DNA from: an uncultured Clostridia bacterium
Lineage (GTDB): Bacteria; Bacillota; Clostridia; Christensenellales; DTU072
Direction of reading: 5' to 3'
Assembly (NCBI GenBank): GCA_934274515.1
Contig: CAKQTC010000003.1
Location: 1,948-65,947 of the forward strand
DNA length: 64,000 nucleotides
Below the pieces are notes generated by a model. It was not told where the DNA came from and ran no database searches. It saw only the letters and a list, made by a program, of their open reading frames with translations. Within the stretch, counting starts at the first letter, position 1. Every line of letters begins with the position of its first letter. Of the stretch, positions 57,122 to 64,000 are shown one piece after another. The position numbers and the translations under genes are program-made.

Positions 57122-58144
57122 ATGGCGAATCAGAAAAAAAGTCTCGGACTGCTTGAAAAACTCGAATTATGTCCGGAATACCGCGAAGACGGCGGTAAAA
57201 CGGCGGAAGTGGAAATAGGGAGATTTAAGTATTTCAGAGAAGTGTCGAAACGTAGAAACGGTCCGCTTTTGACGGCGAACCTTATGTTTTTACTGTTCCT
57301 TATTCCCTTGCTCGTGCTATTTGTTTTGCTTGAAGTATTTCAAGGAACCGAAGGGATAGCGTATAAAATATCCAATACGACCGCAACTCCGTATTTGTTG
57401 TCGGGGATAGGTTTCGGAATGAGCGAAACGACCGCAACGGTTCTTGCAGTAAAAATGAACATACTAAAAGTGTATTATATCATTTTTGCCGCGCTCGGCG
57501 TGTGCGCGTTCATAATGAGTATAGGACTGGGCGGTATGACGCATTTGTCTACGAAGTTTCTCATAGGCGATACTTTCATTTCAAAAAAAGACAATTACGG
57601 AAACAACGTGCCTAGGGCGATTAAAGAGTTTTTTAAGGGTATAAAAAGAACGTGGAAAGAGATGCTTGCGGTAGGTGCGTTTTTCTTTGTTTTGTTTGCC
57701 GGAATTGCAAATATCTTCGTTTACTTTATCGGCGAATACTGGCAAAAAGAAGCAAATGCAGGACACTGGATAATGGTGATTTTGGCAGCAATCGCTGCGA
57801 TTTCGATACTTATGTATCTCGTTCATCTTATCCCGTCAATCGCGCTTTATAATCAAACGCTTTGCGGCAAAATGAAAAATTCAGCGATACTCTCGATACA
57901 AATGTTTGTGCAAACTTTGCTTATAGCCCTTGTTTTAAGCCTTCCTTTTGTGATTATGGCGGTTTTACCCCTTGCGGCAATGGTCGTAGTAATAGCCGTG
58001 ATGTTGTGTTTCGGAAGCAAATGGTACGCTCTTTCTTTGTGTAATTACGAACAATATATATCGGAAAAAATCATCTCGCCCTTGTATAATTACAAATACG
58101 GAAAAAATCAACAAAAGGCAAAAAACAAACAAAAACGCAAATAG
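57122..58144 (+). CDS. multi-pass integral membrane protein of unknown function
   Basis: ~50-aa charged N-terminus, about six hydrophobic helices and a Lys-rich tail (QQKAKNKQKRK). AGGAG RBS. Family not recognised with confidence. Confidence 0.7.
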   Translation: MANQKKSLGLLEKLELCPEYREDGGKTAEVEIGRFKYFREVSKRRNGPLLTANLMFLLFLIPLLVLFVLLEVFQGTEGIAYKISNTTATPYLLSGIGFGMSETTATVLAVKMNILKVYYIIFAALGVCAFIMSIGLGGMTHLSTKFLIGDTFISKKDNYGNNVPRAIKEFFKGIKRTWKEMLAVGAFFFVLFAGIANIFVYFIGEYWQKEANAGHWIMVILAAIAAISILMYLVHLIPSIALYNQTLCGKMKNSAILSIQMFVQTLLIALVLSLPFVIMAVLPLAAMVVVIAVMLCFGSKWYALSLCNYEQYISEKIISPLYNYKYGKNQQKAKNKQKRK

Positions 58145-58185
58145 TTTTTTTGATATAATTTTAAGTTTTTTATTAAAAAAACAAC

Positions 58186-58254
58186 ATATCCTTTCTGCTC
58201 GTTTTATCGAAAAAAGCAACGATTTTTCTTAACGATGGAAAGGATATTTTTTTA
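58186..58254 (+). terminator. compound terminator-like structure after the membrane-protein gene
   Basis: The outer 10-bp stem atatcctttc/gaaaggatat is followed by T7. It encloses an inner tcgtt/aacga hairpin followed by T5. Confidence 0.5.
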
Positions 58255-58290
58255 TTATGCGCCGAGAGTACAATGGCGAGATAAACGCTA

Positions 58291-58320
58291 TTGACAAAAG
58301 TTATTATATTATTATATAAT
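58291..58320 (+). promoter_or_regulatory. SigA-type promoter TTGACA-18-TATAAT
   Basis: ttgaca at 58291-58296, an 18-nt spacer, then tataat at 58315-58320. Confidence 0.6.
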
Positions 58321-58359
58321 AATTACGGAATATTATTTGGCGTAAAGCGGAGGAATGCC

Positions 58360-61300
58360 ATGAGAAAAGATATCGCTAAGAAAGTATTCGGAATAGTCGG
58401 GGCGCTTATTCTGGTTATATGCATAGGCGTATTCGCATGTTTATCGAATAAAATCTCGAGCGGAGGAAACGACGGTTCGCTTACTACGGGCGGTTCGGGT
58501 GGCACCGACGTTGCCTATGCGGCAACGGCGCCTACGCTTTCCACAACGCTTGTAGGAGCGTCGTACAGTAACGGTTGGAGTCTCGATTCAAGCGTAAGAG
58601 ATAGGACTTTGGCTTTTGACATTTCTTCCTCCGACTGGGTGTCTACGTCGATTGACAATGTCAAAAAATCGATACTCGGACGATTTGGCGTCGAGGTTTC
58701 CATGTCCGCTTACAAGTACGATAAAGTTATAAGAACTTATACGGACGAGGGGAACACGCCGACGCCAACAAATCCGACGGAAACCATTACCGAAGACGCG
58801 ATGGGCGAAACGAAGTATTGTTACGGAATCGTCGACAACGCAGATCCTGCGCCCGTTAAATTTACGTCTATTATAGCGGACGGTACCACTTGGTACGGAG
58901 AAGAAATAACAAACGTTGACCTTCTTGCGCCCGGTTCGAAAATCGTTGCCGGGAAGTACGCGATAAAAATAATTAAATATACTTGTTCCGCCAAGATGGA
59001 ATATAAAGTAAAAGAAACTATCGATTTTTATAATTGTAGTCAGAACTACGAAGGCGATCAGCAAGAACCAGTTATACAAACAGCCGAAATTTCTCTCGAT
59101 GCGAACGAAGAGCGTATTTACGATGCGAGCGGACTTAATCTTTCGGTTTTCCTTCGTACGAGCGTCAACGTCGATTCCAATTTGAGCGGTTATATATCGA
59201 ACAATCTCAACGTAGACGCAGAGTACGATAGTCAAACGGTATGGGCGGACAGAGTTTCGTTATACGGCACGGCGAGTTCGGATTCCACGCATTTTACTTA
59301 TTCCGACGGGAGTAAAAAATACTTCAAAGCAAAAAGCGGACTTTCGCCTGACCTTGCGGCAGGCAGCGCATTCGGAATGGACGAAAACATTATCGGTTCG
59401 GCGGGAAAGATAGGGGATAAATTAAAAATCGTTTGGTATTCGGACGAAAAATTAGCGGGCAGAGTTCAGAATGAAGATACCCTGAAAGCGGGGAATTATT
59501 ACTTAAAAATCGAATCGAACAACGAAGATAAGGAAAACAACGATTATTTCTATTTTCTCGATTTGGAAGATACGGGTAAATATATTCAGGCGGTCGAGTT
59601 TTATATAGGGGAAAACATTTATATACAAGCGTTTGAAGTCGCGCGACGGTATTTGAAAGTCAGTATCAAAGACCGCATGGGGCTTATGATGCGCTTAAAC
59701 GAGAAAGGCGTTGCTACCACGGCGTTTAACAGTGGTTATGCGGAAGCAAGCGTGTTTTTGGCGAATATGGGGAAAACCATACCGAGAGCGACCTATTATA
59801 CTTACAATTCGGAAACGAAAACCTATCTTGACGCAAGCGGAAACAACGGCGAAGGGAAGTTTTCCGAAATCGTTGATTATTACGTCAACAAATGTGCGAT
59901 CGGAACCGCTATGGCAAACACCATTGCGTACTCGCAAGACGATACGAACTTTGTTAATCTTTGGAAAGAACTAGGCGGTTTTGAAAATGACGCACAATAT
60001 ATTTTGGCTGGCGCGGACGTAATATCTCTTCGCGGGTCGTATTTCCCCGGGAAAGATATAAGAAGTTACGATTACGTCAATTTATTCGTATCAATCGGTA
60101 TTAAAGAATTAGCGACGAACTATGCCATCGATTTGGGAGAGTTCGAAGACGGCGTTTGGGCATCGTATTCGCTTAATTCCGAAGAGGCGACCAAAAGCAG
60201 GCTCGTCGAAGACGGAGAGGATAAAAACGGTTTCAGTCTTTCCCACTACGTCTTTTACGGTGATTTTGAAGTAACAGCACCGATTATCGACGTCGATTTG
60301 TCGGAGTTTAGGTTAGCAAATGAAGGCTGTTATTACGGCGAAATCGCGTCGAGCGAAGAAATCGATTATTCTAGCGTAAACCTCGTCGGCAGCAATTTGG
60401 CGACGATTAAAGGCATTGCGCTTACTTGGGACGTATCCACGGGACTTGAAAAGTGGAGAATAAAGGTTGTTTCGTCCGAAAAAGAGATGAACGATAATGA
60501 CGGGTATAATTACATTTACGTGCTTATGCGGCTCGCGACGGAAGGAAGTAACGGCGATTATCAAGACGCGAACGGGAGATACTACGCTACTTATACGCAA
60601 ACGATTTATGCAAAAGATTACTACGTCATAAGTTCGATATACTATCGTCGAGTAGGCGAAGCAACCGCACAAAAAGCGAGCAATATGACAAACGGCGAGA
60701 CCGACGTTAAAATATCTTCCGGCGGAATCGAAATCGGTATTGCGAAAATAAGGTTGCAAGAGCCTGTGCTTTACGTTGTAAACAGGGTAAAAGTTTATCT
60801 TAATCTTATCGATTATTCCGAGAACAAGTTCTACGACGGGACGACCGACGTGCTTAACTCGACTCGTGACGCAAATGCGACGGCGGAATTAAAACAAAGC
60901 GAAGGCAGCGGAGTGTTGTCCGACGTTATTAAAGCGCGGTTCAAAGCGGAAACGGGCAGAGAAATAGAAAATATTCTCCAATACGATTTAGATTTTTATT
61001 TTGATCCGATTTATAAAATTTGCTATTCGGGATATATGGCGGACATCGGTGTAGACGAAAAAAAGATGATTTATTGCCAAAGTTTGAACTTTAACTTCAA
61101 CAAAGGCTCGATTTCCGGTGACGTTGCCGACCTTATACGCGAAAGTTACGATTTTTCCGATTTAAGCGGAATTTTGCGTAAAGACGATAGAGAACAAACG
61201 CTTTACGGAAGGATAAACAGAAGGATACTCGACCTTAAAGTTCTTAAAAATCCCGACAGAATAACAGACCCCGCCGCTCCGGGATATTCGGCGAGTCCTT

Positions 61301-64000
61301 ATCAACGCGGATATAACTCCGACGCGTACGTTGCTTTAAGAGTAGCGCGTTATAGCGACGTATTCGGCGGAAAGAATCTTTTAGAACATTATAATACAGA
61401 AAGCATCAGTAAAAAAACTATATCGAGCGGTCACGAATATTATGCGGATTTATACTACGTTTACGGAATAGGCAGATTTGAAAGAAAAGGCGGATACTCG
61501 TTCTATTCGGATCTTCCCGAAGTTTTTAACGGCGTAAGTTATATTTTCGTAGAGATAGAAGGTAAGGGCGAAAGAGAAAATCACGGCTTTTTGGAGACGG
61601 AAATCAGAAAAGAAGGTTTCGACTGGAAAGGAACGTTCCTAGAAAAGTATTATAACGACGCCGACTATTATCCGTTTACCGAAAAAGAAGGCGGAACGGA
61701 AAACATCGATTTGACAAAATTCATCGACTGGGCGAATTCGTATGTCAAAGATAAAGCCAGCGGAGCGTGGTTACGCACGTCGATAACGAGAGAATCCAAC
61801 GCCGGAGAATATTTGATTGCGATTGCGGAAAATCTAGGCGTGCTTAATTACAGTATAGTTTTGTCAAACGAATTGACGGACGAAAATATTGACGGTACGG
61901 AAATCGGGTTTGAAATTACAAAAATCGTGCAAGATCCGAACGTGGTTTTTTCCACTAACCCTACGATAACTTATTCTTACGATAAAACGGACAAAATCGA
62001 AAGGCTTTGTACGGAAGATACGGAAAACTCTTATATTACGTTTACCAACCACAGAGATTATCAATTTATCAGAAGTTGGGCAGAGTTCGATGATTTTATT
62101 AACGGGAAACGCGTGGCGAATTTCAAAAAAATGATAAAAGTCATCGGTTATGAGATTAACTGGGAAGACGCGGACGTGATGGATAAAAAGGTGTACGACC
62201 CGGTAGAATTTGACAGCGATATAACGAATATTCGCAGAGCGGGACAGTATACTTTGGAAGTTACCACGCCCGAAACTGATAACTATAAATCTGTTACTAC
62301 AAGGATTATGCTTGTAGTGGAAAGAGCGAAAGTAGTCGTCTATACCACCATAGGCGTGCGCACGTATATGTCGAATTACAGTTCGTCGAACGAAGTGTCG
62401 TTTGACGGTTCGTATCGGATTCTTGCCGCAACCGAACTCGATCGGTTTGCCGCATATATAGACGAAAACGAGTTCGAATTTGTCGAAGCAGGCACGCAAG
62501 GCGCGATTAAGGCGTACGTTCGGTATAAAGACGAAGACGAGTCCGGACTAGGTACGATATACGATACGTCGGCAATCAGAGTATATTACATCGGGTTCAT
62601 GAACGGCGATGATTTCGGAAATAACTTTAACGACAAACAAGCGAAGGTTACCGTTGACTCATCGAGTTTTTTCGTCAATAACAAGTACATTGACCAAGCA
62701 GGAGTGAAGAAAGGCGCGATAACCGCATCCGAAGCGTACGTAAGAGATTACTCGTTTACATACATAAGTGCGGATTTGTATGTAAAAAGACAGTCGCTTA
62801 CACTTGAAGTAGACGGCAATCAGCACGTTTTCTACGACGGAACAAATCTGTCGCCCGTAAATAGAGTTACCATCGAAGACGGAACGGACGCCCCGGCAAA
62901 CGTTAAACAAACGGTAGTGGGTTATTTCTCGAAGCAAAAAGTCGGCGGCGGATACAAATACAACGTTTTGGTTCGGAACGCAGGCAGTTTAGTCGTTGCG
63001 GAAATGGCGAGGAACGAAAACGATTTAAGAGATTATTACTATTATTTTGAAGAGTTTTACGACGAAACGAATGCGCCAATCGAAGTTAAGCGCGTCGGGA
63101 CGAGAATGTGGTTCGTTAAAGGCGGACAAGAGATAAAACTTTATAACAGCGGATTATTGTACTATTACTATCCCGGCAACGACAAAGAAAAGACGAAAGT
63201 TTATATTACGCATAAAGAAATAGCAATATATACCGACGGAACTCGTCATTACTACTACGACGATAACGACGCGAGTACCGCCAAAATTTATTTATCGAGA
63301 ACTATCGAGCCCGATTTTGACCTTACGGCAATGGAAGACGTAGGCGGAGTAATGACCGAAGTAAGAGTTTCTTACGTCGATGCGGTTGACGGAAAAAATA
63401 TTTATCTCGAAATGGTTGAGAAAAGCGGCGTAAGCAGTAAAGAAACCGTGCAAAACGTTTTCTATGACGAAAACGATAATATCGGCGGCTATATTCTTAG
63501 AGTGAACGCCGTACCGGGCGAAGGCGCGAGTTCCACAAACTATAAAGACAGTAAGACGTATACCGTGTTCCTTGCGGTAGACGTTTTGACGATAGATTTG
63601 CTCGACCATAGCGAAAAGGGAACGACGGGCGCAACGATTAACCCGATGTGGAATTCGGTTTATTACGGTAAATATATGGACGACAAATACGTCGGAGAAA
63701 AATATATGCTACGCGAGTTTACCGATTATTACAAGGGAATTGCCGGAGAAAGAACCGTTAAACTCGGCGGAAACTGGGCAAAGAGCGAGATAGCGACAAA
63801 TGACGACGGACTGCCGATGTTTGCGTATTATTCGGCATACGGGCTGGATTTGAGCATACCCGAAAAGGCCGATAAGTTTATCGGGTATCAACAAGGTAAC
63901 GCTGCGGACTTCGTGTACGCCAACCACGTCAATGCGTCAATCAGCGACGCCGGGCTTTACGTTATCCTTATTAAAGTGACGATAAGCGACGCCGTGGAAG
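58360..64000 (+). CDS. giant secreted/lipoprotein-like surface protein with YDG/MBG-like modules; 3' end outside window (>1,880 codons)
   Basis: ATG at 58360 with GGAGG at 58349-58353. Read codon by codon in frame 1: no stop up to base 64000. Signal peptide MRKDIAKKVFGIVGALILVICIGVFAC. It is absent from the ORF track only because it has no stop in the window. Confidence 0.82.
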   Translation, partial: MRKDIAKKVFGIVGALILVICIGVFACLSNKISSGGNDGSLTTGGSGGTDVAYAATAPTLSTTLVGASYSNGWSLDSSVRDRTLAFDISSSDWVSTSIDNVKKSILGRFGVEVSMSAYKYDKVIRTYTDEGNTPTPTNPTETITEDAMGETKYCYGIVDNADPAPVKFTSIIADGTTWYGEEITNVDLLAPGSKIVAGKYAIKIIKYTCSAKMEYKVKETIDFYNCSQNYEGDQQEPVIQTAEISLDANEERIYDASGLNLSVFLRTSVNVDSNLSGYISNNLNVDAEYDSQTVWADRVSLYGTASSDSTHFTYSDGSKKYFKAKSGLSPDLAAGSAFGMDENIIGSAGKIGDKLKIVWYSDEKLAGRVQNEDTLKAGNYYLKIESNNEDKENNDYFYFLDLEDTGKYIQAVEFYIGENIYIQAFEVARRYLKVSIKDRMGLMMRLNEKGVATTAFNSGYAEASVFLANMGKTIPRATYYTYNSETKTYLDASGNNGEGKFSEIVDYYVNKCAIGTAMANTIAYSQDDTNFVNLWKELGGFENDAQYILAGADVISLRGSYFPGKDIRSYDYVNLFVSIGIKELATNYAIDLGEFEDGVWASYSLNSEEATKSRLVEDGEDKNGFSLSHYVFYGDFEVTAPIIDVDLSEFRLANEGCYYGEIASSEEIDYSSVNLVGSNLATIKGIALTWDVSTGLEKWRIKVVSSEKEMNDNDGYNYIYVLMRLATEGSNGDYQDANGRYYATYTQTIYAKDYYVISSIYYRRVGEATAQKASNMTNGETDVKISSGGIEIGIAKIRLQEPVLYVVNRVKVYLNLIDYSENKFYDGTTDVLNSTRDANATAELKQSEGSGVLSDVIKARFKAETGREIENILQYDLDFYFDPIYKICYSGYMADIGVDEKKMIYCQSLNFNFNKGSISGDVADLIRESYDFSDLSGILRKDDREQTLYGRINRRILDLKVLKNPDRITDPAAPGYSASPYQRGYNSDAYVALRVARYSDVFGGKNLLEHYNTESISKKTISSGHEYYADLYYVYGIGRFERKGGYSFYSDLPEVFNGVSYIFVEIEGKGERENHGFLETEIRKEGFDWKGTFLEKYYNDADYYPFTEKEGGTENIDLTKFIDWANSYVKDKASGAWLRTSITRESNAGEYLIAIAENLGVLNYSIVLSNELTDENIDGTEIGFEITKIVQDPNVVFSTNPTITYSYDKTDKIERLCTEDTENSYITFTNHRDYQFIRSWAEFDDFINGKRVANFKKMIKVIGYEINWEDADVMDKKVYDPVEFDSDITNIRRAGQYTLEVTTPETDNYKSVTTRIMLVVERAKVVVYTTIGVRTYMSNYSSSNEVSFDGSYRILAATELDRFAAYIDENEFEFVEAGTQGAIKAYVRYKDEDESGLGTIYDTSAIRVYYIGFMNGDDFGNNFNDKQAKVTVDSSSFFVNNKYIDQAGVKKGAITASEAYVRDYSFTYISADLYVKRQSLTLEVDGNQHVFYDGTNLSPVNRVTIEDGTDAPANVKQTVVGYFSKQKVGGGYKYNVLVRNAGSLVVAEMARNENDLRDYYYYFEEFYDETNAPIEVKRVGTRMWFVKGGQEIKLYNSGLLYYYYPGNDKEKTKVYITHKEIAIYTDGTRHYYYDDNDASTAKIYLSRTIEPDFDLTAMEDVGGVMTEVRVSYVDAVDGKNIYLEMVEKSGVSSKETVQNVFYDENDNIGGYILRVNAVPGEGASSTNYKDSKTYTVFLAVDVLTIDLLDHSEKGTTGATINPMWNSVYYGKYMDDKYVGEKYMLREFTDYYKGIAGERTVKLGGNWAKSEIATNDDGLPMFAYYSAYGLDLSIPEKADKFIGYQQGNAADFVYANHVNASISDAGLYVILIKVTISDAVE

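Noticed and set aside
58588-63927. Minus-strand ORFs listed by the track in the last 5.6 kb (58588-59235, 59695-59937, 60313-60759, 61864-62499, 62659-62937, 63292-63609, 63709-63927)
   Set aside because: All lie antisense to a single uninterrupted plus-strand reading frame of 1,880 codons that has a promoter, RBS and signal peptide. Their products are Arg/Phe-rich low-complexity sequences.

Overview
This looks like a chromosomal window from a Gram-positive-type genome (Bacillota, Clostridia-like). The evidence is the gene order (dprA-topA-trmFO-hslV-hslU; rpmB<>yloU-yloV-recG; thrS-infC-rpmI-rplT), SigA-type TTGACA-17-TATAAT promoters, GGAGG ribosome-binding sites and many lipobox signal peptides. 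GC content was not computed.

Roughly 58% of the window is ordinary housekeeping:
- nnr and dapA
- a NitT/TauT-type ABC importer
- comM, dprA, topA, trmFO, hslVU, hisS and trxA
- nifS-nifU
- rpmB, yloUV and recG
- a tRNA Gly-Cys-Leu cluster
- murG and an alpha/beta hydrolase
- thrS and infC-rpmI-rplT
- a TrmH-family methyltransferase, yebC and proA
- two phosphofructokinases
- typA

The other ~42% (26,713 nt by my coordinates) is seven genes for secreted or membrane-anchored proteins, wedged between those core genes:
- two tandem giant BspA-type leucine-rich-repeat lipoproteins of 2,629 and 2,032 aa
- a GLUG-motif lipoprotein
- an Ig-like type I membrane protein
- two type II anchored proteins
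- a gene of more than 1,880 codons running off the 3' end (58360..64000). The supplied ORF track does not list it because it has no stop codon in the window.

Other items worth a second look:
- a degenerate HisRS/HisZ-like paralog coupled to the giant genes
- a tRNA-adjacent XRE repressor with twin palindromic operators over a consensus promoter, driving a 51-aa lipoprotein and a 100-aa protein I cannot place
- a PfkA whose GGDGS motif reads GGGGS, next to a PPi-type PFK
- an AUU-start infC behind an L20-leader-like attenuator
- a near-identical 19-nt palindrome present twice

I saw no CRISPR array, rRNA, transposase, integrase or recognisable defence or toxin enzyme. I cannot demonstrate a clearly novel multi-gene system. 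The best candidates are the XRE/lipoprotein/100-aa module and the giant surface-protein genes with their HisZ-like rider. Both need database and structure searches that I cannot run here.
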